Origin: TPA_inf: Saccharomyces
Taxonomy: Eukaryota
DNA: 64,000 nucleotides
Direction of reading: 5' to 3'
Assembly: GCA_000146045.2 (NCBI GenBank)
Contig: BK006941.2
Coordinates: 640,001 to 704,000 of the forward strand
In this document: piece by piece, positions 1 to 10,814 of the stretch
Position numbering within the stretch: position 1 is the stretch's first letter
Layout of the letters: each line of letters opens with the position of its first letter
Notes under the pieces: model-generated
What the model saw: only the letters and a program-made list of their open reading frames with translations
The model's database searches: none
Told to the model about the DNA's origin: nothing
Program-made: the position numbers and the translations under genes

Positions 1-371
1 AGCCACAACCCAACTTTCAAATCCGCCCGATCTTCCGGTATATCAACCTGAGCCTTTGTGTAGAGCGTGTCGTTCAATTGGTAGTGCAACAGGATAGGTT
101 CATCGCTCTCATCGCCCTCGTCGCTGTGATTGCGCAGACTTTGGCATATTTTTAATGTGTTTTCCAAGTCCGGGATTCTAGTCTTCAGCTGCTTTATCGT
201 AGCCAATTTAGATTCCTGCATAAATTTGTACTTAGAAAGCCGTTCTTGGAACTTATTGAAGCACAATTCGAAGTCGCTTGGGTCCTTAATTATTTCGTTG
301 ACATTTTCGATGAATGGAGCCTGCGGTATGCCTCTGGCATTCTTTTCCGTGGAGTTGAACAGTGTGTCCAT
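1..371 (-). CDS. PAC10: PAC10/GIM2 prefoldin subunit, N-terminal part only (the gene continues past the left edge of the window)
   Basis: The minus-strand translation from the CAT at 369-371 reads MDTLFNSTEKNARGIPQAPFIENVNEIIKDPSDFELCFNKFQERLSKYKF..., which I recognise as PAC10. It sits where YGR078C belongs, next to YGR079W. Confidence 0.8.
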   Translation of the reverse strand, partial: MDTLFNSTEKNARGIPQAPFIENVNEIIKDPSDFELCFNKFQERLSKYKFMQESKLATIKQLKTRIPDLENTLKICQSLRNHSDEGDESDEPILLHYQLNDTLYTKAQVDIPEDRADLKVGLW

Positions 372-617
372 AATAACCGTAGTATCTGTTATATATGTGC
401 GTACAGTTTTCTGCAGTAAATGTTGTCTACAATTTATAGCCTCTACAATAGTGTTAAACTAGATTTTTTCACTTTCTTTTCTGACCAGTTCTGCAAAATG
501 ATCGAAGAAACGAAACAAATCATGTGTTACCCGTCCTGCACAATCATGAGTGCCTGCGGTTTCCATATTGGAACGGCACCTTCCTTTTTTGGAAGTCACG
601 TTCCTGCAGCGCGTTTC

Positions 618-641
618 TTTTTTTTTTTTTTTTTTTTTTTT
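618..641. repeat. 24-nt homopolymeric poly(dT:dA) tract
   Basis: The tract was read directly from the sequence. It is about 80 bp upstream of the YGR079W ATG, in the region between PAC10 and YGR079W. Confidence 0.95.
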
Positions 642-719
642 ATTTTTCGGTTTTTTTCGCACGTTTCTTTTTGGTGAGCGAGAAAGCTCGTTGCCTCCTA
701 ATATAAAGGATGAGATGAG

Positions 720-1832
720 ATGAGCAGTGCCGCAAATGAGGGATGTGTTTATTTGTTCATTGTCGTTTTGCGATTATCTTCGTTTTCATGTGTTAACTCA
801 TTCATTCATTCATTTACTCGTTCACGCACACGCAGCAGTTATTCCCTCGACGAGCGTTCACTTGTATCATATAGCATAGTTTACGTAGCAATGAATAAAA
901 GCAGCAAGGCATTTCAGGTACCGAATAAGGTCATCACCAAGGAGGATATTACTCCCTTGTCCAGATCGCACACAAAGAAAGCGGACACTCGCGGGACAGC
1001 AGATGGTAAAAACACCACAGCCAGTGCAGTCGAGGCCACCCCAATCATCATCACCACTGCTCGTTCGATAGATACTGCCGGTTCACTATCTGAGAACGCC
1101 ACCGAGGACGATGGCACCCAAAACGGAGATTTACACGATGATGACGATGATGACGACCTCGAAAGTACGCTCGGCTATAGTTCTGAGCCTGATCCTCTCT
1201 TCTCCCCATGCCACCAGCCTTCCTTCACCAACAGCACATTTAGTTACAGTGCGGACAATGAACTACCCATGGAGGAAAATCACAACAAGAATAATTTCCA
1301 CGATAGCAGCGAGAGCAGTATCTTTCTACCACAGATACAGCAATCATTCTTTTTCGGCGACAATAGCAAGAGTGACGCAAATAATACGGACTTCTGGAAG
1401 GAAGTAAATGGCACTGCAGAAGAGGCCATTTGCCTGCAGGAGACAAGACAAAGAAAATGCTCCCTCGTGGCTCTGCATCCAGGCGACGCCACCACGAGTT
1501 CGAACGACACATTGGGAATAGAGGACTTCATCAAAGATGATATCAACAGTGCTGAAGCCATGGAACCCTCCCCATCTTCATCACCATCTTCCTCCCTTCT
1601 TGATAATTTGGACTACAATATCAAGTTATTGTGCTACAGAGACAATGAGGGCAAGTTCACCTTGAAAAAAAGGAAGTTTTTGAAGAATTCCCTGCGCTCA
1701 TCCTCTGCAATTTCTAAAAAGTGGAAACCCTTGTCTAAAAGAGATAAGCTGTTGAAGAGGGCCATAAGAAGAAAGAGTGGTGTTTGCCAGACGTTATCAG
1801 CTGGTTTTGGTATCGGTGAATTCATGTTGTAA
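720..1832 (+). CDS. Uncharacterised Ser/Asp-rich protein, 370 aa (YGR079W by position)
   Basis: The ORF starts at an ATG at 720, with an in-frame TGA stop at 711-713 just upstream. It is 370 aa, matching YGR079W. It is low-complexity, with a DDDDDDD run. Codon usage is coding-like, but I do not recognise the protein. Confidence 0.7.
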   Translation: MSSAANEGCVYLFIVVLRLSSFSCVNSFIHSFTRSRTRSSYSLDERSLVSYSIVYVAMNKSSKAFQVPNKVITKEDITPLSRSHTKKADTRGTADGKNTTASAVEATPIIITTARSIDTAGSLSENATEDDGTQNGDLHDDDDDDDLESTLGYSSEPDPLFSPCHQPSFTNSTFSYSADNELPMEENHNKNNFHDSSESSIFLPQIQQSFFFGDNSKSDANNTDFWKEVNGTAEEAICLQETRQRKCSLVALHPGDATTSSNDTLGIEDFIKDDINSAEAMEPSPSSSPSSSLLDNLDYNIKLLCYRDNEGKFTLKKRKFLKNSLRSSSAISKKWKPLSKRDKLLKRAIRRKSGVCQTLSAGFGIGEFML

Positions 1833-2009
1833 TAACAGTACTATTAACAGTACAATAAATAGATTCTTTTTATACAGTGTTAGGGTAACTTGTTTTTGTA
1901 GGATTTGAAAAATATGTCATTATAAGATCTATATCTTTTACTATTTGGACAAGTTGGCTAATTTGATAGGCAATTGAATAAGAAGGAACTCTGTATCTCA
2001 ACACATCAC

Positions 2010-3008
2010 ATGTCTACTCAATCCGGTATAGTCGCAGAACAAGCCTTGCTGCATTCTCTGAATGAAAATCTTTCAGCAGATGGCATCGTCATCATTATAG
2101 CCAAAATTTCCCCTGATTCTACCTCGGTACATCAAACGCAAGTCGCACGTAGCTTCGAGGAGCTGGTACAGTTGGCATCACAAGAAAGAGAACCGTTGTA
2201 CATCTTCTATAAGCCGGAAGGGCTTGATAAGTACTTCTTTGTGTCATTCATCCCCGATGGTTCTCCGGTAAGATCAAGAATGCTTTATGCCTCGACGAAG
2301 AACACTCTGGCAAGACAGGTAGGTTCAAACTCTTTATCCACCGAACAGCCATTGATCACAGATGCACAGGACTTGGTGGATTTGAAAAATTTTGATAGTG
2401 CCCGTCCTGCTGGCCAGAATAAGCCCTTGACACATGATGAAGAAATGCAAATCGAAATCAATAAGCAACAGGCACTTTTAAGGAAAAACACATCCGTCAA
2501 GTTGGTTTCTCAGGACAGTGCTTCGCCTTTATCGTTAACTTTCAGGGTCAATTCTGAGAAACCTATCAATGAAATACTGGATAGCGAGGGTAAAAATTTA
2601 ATCATATTTCAAATCGATCCCTCGAACGAAACCATCCAGATCGTGCAATCTGATACATGTCCCTCCGTAGATGAACTGTACATTGACTTGCCCGGGCCAA
2701 GTTACACGATTTTCAGGCAGGGTGATTCAAGTTTCTTTATCTACTCTTGTCCCTCTGGCAGCAAAGTCAAAGATAGAATGATATATGCTTCTAACAAGAA
2801 TGGATTTATCAACTACTTGAAAAATGATCAAAAAATCGCATTTAGTAAAGTGGTAGAAATTGGCGATTTTGTGGAACTAGACAAGTCCTTACTTATGGCA
2901 ACAAATAAAGAAGATAGCCTCGATCATGGATCCAATCCAGATCTCCCAAACAAAAGCAATTTGAAATTCAACAAACCAAAGGGCCCATTGAGGAAAAGAA
3001 GAACATAG
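2010..3008 (+). CDS. TWF1: Twinfilin, actin-monomer sequestering protein, 332 aa
   Basis: The track ORF begins at a TTG at 1974; the first ATG is at 2010 and gives 332 aa. The sequence MSTQSGIVAEQALLHSLNEN... is recognisable as twinfilin with two ADF-H repeats, and the gene sits at the YGR080W position. Confidence 0.9.
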   Translation: MSTQSGIVAEQALLHSLNENLSADGIVIIIAKISPDSTSVHQTQVARSFEELVQLASQEREPLYIFYKPEGLDKYFFVSFIPDGSPVRSRMLYASTKNTLARQVGSNSLSTEQPLITDAQDLVDLKNFDSARPAGQNKPLTHDEEMQIEINKQQALLRKNTSVKLVSQDSASPLSLTFRVNSEKPINEILDSEGKNLIIFQIDPSNETIQIVQSDTCPSVDELYIDLPGPSYTIFRQGDSSFFIYSCPSGSKVKDRMIYASNKNGFINYLKNDQKIAFSKVVEIGDFVELDKSLLMATNKEDSLDHGSNPDLPNKSNLKFNKPKGPLRKRRT

Positions 3009-3147
3009 AGATAGAAATGGCATCTATATATGTGTGACCAACAATACATACGTTTTTATTCTTCTAAATATGAAACTGAATGTTTTTCTAGGTTTGCTGG
3101 AATATATATTACACTGGCAAAAATTGTTATGCTATGCTATTTAATGT

Positions 3148-3780
3148 TCATTGTTTTTGCAGCTTGATAACCTCTCTTAAGGCGCCAAATGGATTTTTTT
3201 GGAAATCTTGATTGGTTAGGACCTGATTGAATCTTGCAGTTTCGTTAGCAGCCAATGCCTTTGCACCCTTTTGGTTCCTGATATTTGGCTGATTCTTTTT
3301 TATCCTAACAGAACCAGGTTCTATCTTTTTCAAGTTCATTTCCTTTGTGTCCACAAACCTTATTTTAGAATCCATGTCGATGTCATCATCGTTATTCATG
3401 TCTTTGCTACTATTTTCAATAATGCCCCGTAAATCCTTTTCTTGCTCCAAAGAAGTGAGCAGATCTTGCATTCTTGGTTTTAGTTCTTCTCTTAGCTTTC
3501 TTTTCCTACGTCTAATGGAAGATTTAGAAATACCATCAAAATTGGCAGCTATGCCATCGTTAAGTGTGGATTTCCCCTTCAAGTTAGATAAGAAAGTATT
3601 CTGTCTGTTAAGTAGCTTTTCCTTTTTAGTTTCTTTAGGTTGGTGCAGAAAGGCCCTTGGATCAGATTCTATGTCATAACTCTCGTCCAGAATGCCATTG
3701 TTCGCTACGTCTGGTCCAAAATTTTGACTATTTCTTGCACTTACTTTGCTTCTAAGCGTGTTTCTCTTCTTAGCAACCAT
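3148..3780 (-). CDS. SLX9: Slx9, pre-ribosomal (90S/pre-40S) factor, 210 aa
   Basis: The minus-strand ORF starts at the CAT at 3778-3780 and is 210 aa. It is at the YGR081C position, oriented divergently from TOM20. Confidence 0.85.
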   Translation of the reverse strand: MVAKKRNTLRSKVSARNSQNFGPDVANNGILDESYDIESDPRAFLHQPKETKKEKLLNRQNTFLSNLKGKSTLNDGIAANFDGISKSSIRRRKRKLREELKPRMQDLLTSLEQEKDLRGIIENSSKDMNNDDDIDMDSKIRFVDTKEMNLKKIEPGSVRIKKNQPNIRNQKGAKALAANETARFNQVLTNQDFQKNPFGALREVIKLQKQ

Positions 3781-4043
3781 TATCGCTTATCTATGCTTCT
3801 ATATTCAATGGATTTCCTGTCTCTTATCTCTGCTCATCGAGTCTGTAATGCTTGAGTATGTAAAACATGAAAAATTTGCAGTGCGTCACCCCGTTCAGTT
3901 TCTCGCGCCGAATAACATTTTTTATACAGGAATATTTCACCTTGATAATGGCCGACATTTACGTTATTTACCTATTGTCCCTTCGCCTAGACCTACAAGA
4001 AACATTGCCTCAAGTGCCACCTTCATAAAGTTTATTTTCTATT

Positions 4044-4595
4044 ATGTCCCAGTCGAACCCTATCTTACGTGGCCTCGCTATTACAACAGCCATAGCAGCT
4101 CTATCAGCCACCGGTTATGCTATCTACTTTGACTATCAAAGAAGAAATAGCCCGCAATTCAGGAAAGTGTTGAGACAAAGGGCCAAAGAGCAGGCCAAGA
4201 TGGAAGAACAAGCTAAAACTCATGCTAAGGAAGTGAAGCTGCAAAAGGTTACCGAATTCTTATCCATGGAATTAGCCAAGGACCCCATCCCTAGTGATCC
4301 CTCCGAAAGAGAAGCTACATTTACCACCAACGTAGAAAATGGTGAAAGATTATCCATGCAACAAGGTAAGGAACTGGAAGCAGCCTCTAAGTTTTATAAA
4401 GCATTGACTGTATACCCTCAGCCAGCCGATTTATTGGGAATTTACCAAAGATCCATTCCTGAAGCCATTTACGAATATATTATATTAATGATTGCCATCT
4501 TGCCTCCTGCTAATGTGGCTTCTTTCGTTAAAGGAGTTGTTGGAAGCAAGGCCGAATCTGATGCGGTTGCTGAAGCTAACGATATCGATGACTGA
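4044..4595 (+). CDS. TOM20: Tom20 mitochondrial outer-membrane import receptor, 183 aa
   Basis: The ATG is at 4044 and the ORF is 183 aa. The sequence MSQSNPILRGLAITTAIAALSATGYAIYFDYQRRNSPQFRK... shows the N-terminal transmembrane anchor and the TPR-like segment, which I recognise as TOM20. Confidence 0.95.
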   Translation: MSQSNPILRGLAITTAIAALSATGYAIYFDYQRRNSPQFRKVLRQRAKEQAKMEEQAKTHAKEVKLQKVTEFLSMELAKDPIPSDPSEREATFTTNVENGERLSMQQGKELEAASKFYKALTVYPQPADLLGIYQRSIPEAIYEYIILMIAILPPANVASFVKGVVGSKAESDAVAEANDIDD

Positions 4596-4771
4596 GAGTA
4601 ACATTTTGCTTGCTTTTTTTCTCCGTTTTTGTTTCTTTTACTCTGTATATAGCCCTATATAATTACATCATTTCTCTAGCCTAAATCTTGTTATATATAC
4701 CAAGCTTTTTGGAAAGCTAAGGATAAAAACAATTCTTTTCATTAGATGTATTTTTTCATCGTATTAGGTGT

Positions 4772-4772
4772 A

Positions 4773-4805
<33 letters not shown>

Positions 4806-4817
4806 TAATATATATGT
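4772..4817. repeat. (TA)n dinucleotide microsatellite, slightly interrupted
   Basis: The sequence is taatatatatatatatgtatatatatatatatatataatatatatg. It lies between the convergent 3' ends of TOM20 and GCD2. Confidence 0.9.
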
Positions 4818-4859
4818 AGTATACACACGTGGACGACCATTAACGAATGTTGTATATGC

Positions 4860-6815
4860 TTATGCGGAACCTTTGTACTCTCTTAAAATAACAGGGACAG
4901 ATGAAGGTGGCAAAGCGCCGAATTCAGTGATCACTTTTTTAATATATTCTGGTGGTGTTAAATCGTATAAGATGTTGACAATATTTAACGAAGGTAACTC
5001 TTGCCAACCATCCAAAATATTTTTGCTGTTGCTGTCTTCTTCATTACTGGCGTCCTTGCTTTCTCCTTCAGATCCTTTCTTACCGCCAATTTTATTACCC
5101 TTTGGCTTATTCTCCATTGCTAGCTTTTTCTTTTCAAATTTTCTTTCTTTGATAAATTGGTTTAATAACGCACCTTTATTACCGCGTCTCTCGACTGGAT
5201 TTTCGTAATCTATATTAACCAGGTCATTTGGATCTGCCAGTTCATTAAATGTGACACTATCCAATTGTACTCTTTGTGAAAACTTCAAACTTTCGCAGCA
5301 GACTAATACAGGTATATTTCTTCTCTTAGCGCTCATAGCCAACATTGCTGTCCCAGCTCTTGAATATAGGAACCCATTAGATAGGATAGAATGGGCTCCT
5401 AAAAACACATAGTCCACATCCATATTGAATATCGTATCCAAACTTGTAATAAGTGCATACATAACATTGACACCAGCATTTCTTAAAGTTTCTGCCATTT
5501 TCCGCCCTTCAAATAGTGGTCTCGAATCGACGACAATCACTTTGATGTTTTTCTTTAAACTGATTGCATTATGCAGTAACAGTTCAGTTAGAACCTTTGA
5601 TGAACCATATGTCACAATAGTAGTAGATTCTTCAATTTGTGTAGAGGCATTGTCTATAATTAGTTGATCAGCCAGTTCGATTTTTTCTTTAGCAAACTGC
5701 CCAATTTTCTCACAAAGGTCTTTTTTGGCGGCTTTGTCGGGGGTAGATGGGTCAATTAATGAAATTTCTTGCTTTAACCATCTGATAGCATTACCCATAG
5801 TAACACTTAAAGGTCTAGCTTTTTTCAAAAGATCAATCTGGTGTGACAAATAACTTGTTAAGTTACGTGACAAGGTAGTTCCCTTAGGTGTTTGATAGTC
5901 TTTGATAACAATTTGGAAAACCTCTAGCATGGCTATGCAACGTGGGATGGATCCCACGATTTTATAGTGTGCTAGATGAGAAGTTAATAATAATATCGAC
6001 GGATGGATAAGGTCTTTATTCAATAAAAGTTCCTTAACAGACGATATCAAGCTGGAGTTGTCAAATGATTGTTCTAACACGGTAGGGATCACTGACGATA
6101 TACCGGGAATGACATTAAACTCACCAGCCTCTAACGAGATAGATGCCAATGTCTTGGCAACATCAGAAGCGTTTGATGAAGCAATCTCTTGTTGTATAGC
6201 TGTTGGAGTATTTGTTGACGCAGAACTGGTACCGGCAGAGAGTGCTGCAGAAGAGGCAGGAAGAGTCGTTGTTGTTGAAGCTGGAGCTGATGCAGATACA
6301 GTAGACGACGCGTTTGGACCCACGGGCATCAAGGAAGAAGCCGTTAATACGTTAGATCCTGATAATGCACTAGCCACCACGGGGACCATCAACCCAGCAG
6401 CGGTGATTCGCGAAGTTTTTGGAGATGATACTGCACTGGTTAAAGCTAAAATTGTCGCTCTTCTTTCTTCAGTAGTTTCCAGATGACCAAAAAGTGTGCT
6501 CTTTTTCACGTTTCGTTCATTTTGTTTTTTTTTATTGGCATTTTTTTGCTTTTGCTCTCTTTTCTGTTGTTGCTCACGTTGTAGTTGTTTCTTCTCTTTT
6601 TTCATTTGTGCTTGTTGTTGCTGTTGTTCAATGGATATACCATTAGCCTGCTTCATTGCAGCTCTCTTTGCAGCTTTTTCTTGTTTCTTTAGTTCTTTTA
6701 GCTCCTTGTTTGTTAATTTCTTTTCTCCATTAGCTGCAGCTGTAGTTGTTGGAGTAGCTTGTTTAGCTTTACTTGGCGGTGTAGCCGACCTAGATTTGGC
6801 TTCCGATTCGCTCAT
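4860..6815 (-). CDS. GCD2: eIF2B delta subunit, 651 aa
   Basis: The minus-strand ORF starts at the CAT at 6813-6815 and is 651 aa. It has a K/Q-rich N-terminal low-complexity region and an eIF2B alpha/beta/delta-family C-terminal domain. It is at the YGR083C position. Confidence 0.9.
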   Translation of the reverse strand: MSESEAKSRSATPPSKAKQATPTTTAAANGEKKLTNKELKELKKQEKAAKRAAMKQANGISIEQQQQQAQMKKEKKQLQREQQQKREQKQKNANKKKQNERNVKKSTLFGHLETTEERRATILALTSAVSSPKTSRITAAGLMVPVVASALSGSNVLTASSLMPVGPNASSTVSASAPASTTTTLPASSAALSAGTSSASTNTPTAIQQEIASSNASDVAKTLASISLEAGEFNVIPGISSVIPTVLEQSFDNSSLISSVKELLLNKDLIHPSILLLTSHLAHYKIVGSIPRCIAMLEVFQIVIKDYQTPKGTTLSRNLTSYLSHQIDLLKKARPLSVTMGNAIRWLKQEISLIDPSTPDKAAKKDLCEKIGQFAKEKIELADQLIIDNASTQIEESTTIVTYGSSKVLTELLLHNAISLKKNIKVIVVDSRPLFEGRKMAETLRNAGVNVMYALITSLDTIFNMDVDYVFLGAHSILSNGFLYSRAGTAMLAMSAKRRNIPVLVCCESLKFSQRVQLDSVTFNELADPNDLVNIDYENPVERRGNKGALLNQFIKERKFEKKKLAMENKPKGNKIGGKKGSEGESKDASNEEDSNSKNILDGWQELPSLNIVNILYDLTPPEYIKKVITEFGALPPSSVPVILREYKGSA

Positions 6816-7122
6816 AGCAATTTGATTATCGACGCTTCTTTGACAACGTATTTCTTACGTGGTGAAAATAAGATCTTATGCACTTACGCTGATTATCTAT
6901 AGCTGGTGATGCCTTGTTGTAGAATACTCATTTTCACTAAACTCGAAAAAAAAAAATTGAAAAATTGGAAAAAAGCGAGAGGTACTGAAAATTGTGAAGA
7001 GATTCCCGGGTAAATATAAACATAATTAATACAATAATAGCAATATATGTGACGAACTGTGTTCTACTTTTTAGTATTTACAGGTATGTTTATTTATATA
7101 TTTCCTATGGGGTGTTTTGGTA

Positions 7123-8160
<1,038 letters not shown>

Positions 8161-8382
8161 TTAGCTTTTTTTCAGCACATTTTCTATTACCCTGCATGGT
8201 GAGTATCAAATAAGTGCCAATAAATTGGGTATGAATACAACTAAATACATTGACAAAGTGTTCACAACGCATCGAAGCGCTAGACTTGCAAATGTGATGA
8301 GGATATATGATATTTTTGGGATATTTTATTTGTTCTTATATATTAAGTAGTTGATGTTGTCACTGACTATACCGAGACCAAA

Positions 8383-8907
8383 TTATTTATCGAGCACATC
8401 AGCGTCGTACTTTTGCTTGAACCAAGAGACGGTGTCTTCCTTAGTTGTCTTGTGGGAGTTACCAACAGTACCCTTACATCTCTTTCTTCTAGTGACTCTA
8501 GCACCTGGTCTGTTCATGACGACATAGAAATCCATACCGAAAATACCGATGGATGGGTCATACTTGATACCCAAGTCAATGTGTTCGTCAATACCGAAAC
8601 CGAAGTTACCGGTAGCAGAGAAGTTTCTGTCTCTCAATTGGTATTCCTTGACCTTCAAACCTCTTTCCAAAATTTCTTCAGCCTTTGGACCTCTGACGGT
8701 AACGTGAACAGCAATTTTTTCGTTTCTTCTGATACCGAAAGTTCTGACAGTGTATCTGGCCTTGGATTGAACTGGAGTTTGACCAGATAATTGTTCTAAA
8801 ACCTTGGAGGCTCTGGTTAATCTGTCACCAGATTCACCAACGGAGATGTTCAAGACCAATTTCTCGATCTTCAAATCACGCATAGGGTTTTGGGCTTTAG
8901 TAGACAT
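8383..8907 (-). CDS. RPL11B: Ribosomal protein L11 (uL5), 174 aa
   Basis: The track ORF begins at a TTG at 8943. The real ATG is the CAT at 8905-8907 and gives [40 protein letters not shown]..., an exact L11 signature. Tandem Rap1-like sites lie upstream. It is called RPL11B because it sits next to PIL1 and PDC6. Confidence 0.95.
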
Positions 8908-9134
8908 CTTGGACGCGTATTTTTGTATATGTTGGGCTTTCAAGGGTAACTGATGCTAAACGTTATAATACACGAAATGAATGCCTCTCTTAACAGTATA
9001 CTTCTTTAATGATGAGTTATGTCCAAGTTTCAATTTGGTATCCTAGCTTCGCTATTCGCAGAGCGGGTTCCAAAAGATCTTCGGATAAAAATAAAAAGAA
9101 GGCGGTGAAAACAAAAAGAATATTAAAAAAAGTA

Positions 9135-9161
9135 ATGTATGGGTTCTCGTTGTACGGATGT
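9135..9161 (-). promoter_or_regulatory. Two adjacent Rap1-like sites upstream of RPL11B
   Basis: On the minus strand, AACCCATACAT lies at 9135-9145 and ACATCCGTACA at 9151-9161. Both fit the ACAYCCRTACAY consensus. They sit about 230-255 bp upstream of the RPL11B ATG, the typical ribosomal-protein promoter architecture. Confidence 0.65.
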
Positions 9162-9597
9162 TTAAAATGTCCTGAAAAATACCAATTAGACGGTTCTGTG
9201 CTTGTTATATATAGATGTCTATACGACTCAACATATGTATGTTGCTGCATTTTAGAAAAAAATTAGGCATTAAACATTAGGCTACACAGGAAATAATGTT
9301 TCCTATCAAAAGAGTTCTAACTTGAATTGTTCCTTCACAATTAAAAAAAATAAAAGAGTACATATTTAGGAGGGGGAAGAGATATTGATAATAGACTAAA
9401 GTAAGGAGTGAGGAGAGGGCAAAATACAATAATAGATGAAAAAAAAAATAGGAAAATAAAACAATTTTTTCAGAGTGAGGGAACAGAAATGATTATCTGT
9501 CCACGCATTAATTAAAAGAGATTAATTAGTATGGTAACTTGTTCTTTTCTGCTGGTTTTTTTTTTTTTGTTTCTAATAGATTGTTGATTTATTTTGA

Positions 9598-10617
9598 TTA
9601 AGCTGTTGTTTGTTGGGGAAGAGACTCACTTTGCTGGTGTCCGACTTGTTCATGTTCTTCAACAGCACCTTCTTCTTCTTGTTCAGGTTCTTCAATTTGT
9701 CCATCTTCTTGTTCGTCTTCGGACCACCTGCCTTGACCGTCTTCCTCTTCCTCTTCTTCGCCTTCTTCAGGTTCGAAGTCTTCGTAATCCTGCTTGAAAC
9801 TTAAAGTAGGCTTGACTTGGGCAGAGTCTAGTGTCCATTCATTCAGTGCGCTTTCAGCATCAATAATGATTTGTTTAGAGGCTTCATACCCATCGTAAGC
9901 AGGCCTGGTTTCACCTGGAGTGACAGGAGAGTCGTCCAATAGTTCCAAGAGAGCCTTACCGTAACCAGCGATTAAAGCAATTTTCTCTGAATGTTCGATG
10001 ATGGAGTCAAATTGGTAGTTGAAAGCAGCTCTCAACTTTGACCTTGTGATATTAGATAATTGAGCTTCAGCGACCAAAGATTCAGCCTCAGCACGCACCA
10101 ATTCTTGTTCCAAGACCTCAATCTTAGGTGATTGAGGATCTTTGTATTTCAAGTAGGCGATTTTGTCGGTGATCTTGTCCTTACGGTCTCTAGATGGTTG
10201 AACAGAACCTTCGATATCTCTGATGGACTTTAGAGTCAATCTGTATTGGTCATAACGATCGATAAATTGGTCGTCTAATTCACTAACTTCATAGATCAAG
10301 ACACCTAATTTATCAGTGATGTCGGAAACATCGTCATCGTTTTCCAACCCCCAAATAGACAATTGCTTAGCAGCGTCACGTCTTTCGTTGGCTGTCAATT
10401 CCATGGACCTCAAAACATTCTTTTCAATCTTAACCAATTGAGACAACTTTCTGGATAATTCTGGGCCAAAAGCTCCAGCAGCACTTCTCCTAAAGCTGTA
10501 AGCTAGACCACCCTTCCCAAAGAATCTACCTTTGGTTGTAGATGGTGGTGGCGGTGGGTTCTGTAATTGAGAGGCGGTAGGTGCCCTGGAATTTCTTAAA
10601 GAGTAAGTTCTGTGCAT
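9598..10617 (-). CDS. PIL1: Pil1 eisosome BAR-domain protein, 339 aa
   Basis: The minus-strand ORF starts at the CAT at 10615-10617. MHRTYSLRNSRAPTASQLQNPPPPPSTTKGRFFGKGGLAYSFRR... is recognisable as PIL1, and the C-terminal tail is acidic with an E-run. Confidence 0.95.
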   Translation of the reverse strand: MHRTYSLRNSRAPTASQLQNPPPPPSTTKGRFFGKGGLAYSFRRSAAGAFGPELSRKLSQLVKIEKNVLRSMELTANERRDAAKQLSIWGLENDDDVSDITDKLGVLIYEVSELDDQFIDRYDQYRLTLKSIRDIEGSVQPSRDRKDKITDKIAYLKYKDPQSPKIEVLEQELVRAEAESLVAEAQLSNITRSKLRAAFNYQFDSIIEHSEKIALIAGYGKALLELLDDSPVTPGETRPAYDGYEASKQIIIDAESALNEWTLDSAQVKPTLSFKQDYEDFEPEEGEEEEEEDGQGRWSEDEQEDGQIEEPEQEEEGAVEEHEQVGHQQSESLPQQTTA

Positions 10618-10814
10618 ACTATATACTTGATGCTGATATATTCTTCACTTTGCAATACTGCTAACAATGGAAAAGTATAGGTAAATAAATGTGCAGATGC
10701 AGATGTGAGACAAATTTTCTTTCTTGGGTTGGGATAATCAACGCATTGTACCCAAACGACGGGAAACAAGGAAGGATGCAGAATGAGCACTTGTTATTTA
10801 TAAAAAGACACGGG

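Noticed and set aside
8413-8790. A 125-aa + strand ORF antisense to RPL11B, and similar antisense or overlapping ORFs (for example 52176-52658, 6058-6486, 6496-6825, 9610-9804, 25735-26013, 33538-33729)
   Set aside because: Each lies entirely inside a well-supported gene on the other strand. Such mirror ORFs are expected in long, codon-biased yeast genes. Their amino-acid composition is low-complexity, and several start at non-ATG codons in the track.
8908-8943. The N-terminal extensions that the ORF track adds to RPL11B (8943), TWF1 (1974), CTT1 (14484), PRP31 (26302), VAS1 (32123), TPC1 (36555) and PCP1 (53357). The extension on RRP46 (36441) is a separate case.
   Set aside because: Checked against the nucleotides, these start codons are TTG or GTG (for example gtg at 32123 and 53357, ttg at 8943, 1974, 14484, 26302 and 36555). 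The track evidently uses a non-eukaryotic start set. Re-anchoring on the first real ATG reproduces the known protein lengths each time. The RRP46 extension starts at a real ATG (CAT at 36439-36441). It was trimmed to the downstream ATG at 36342 only to match my recalled 223-aa length for Rrp46.
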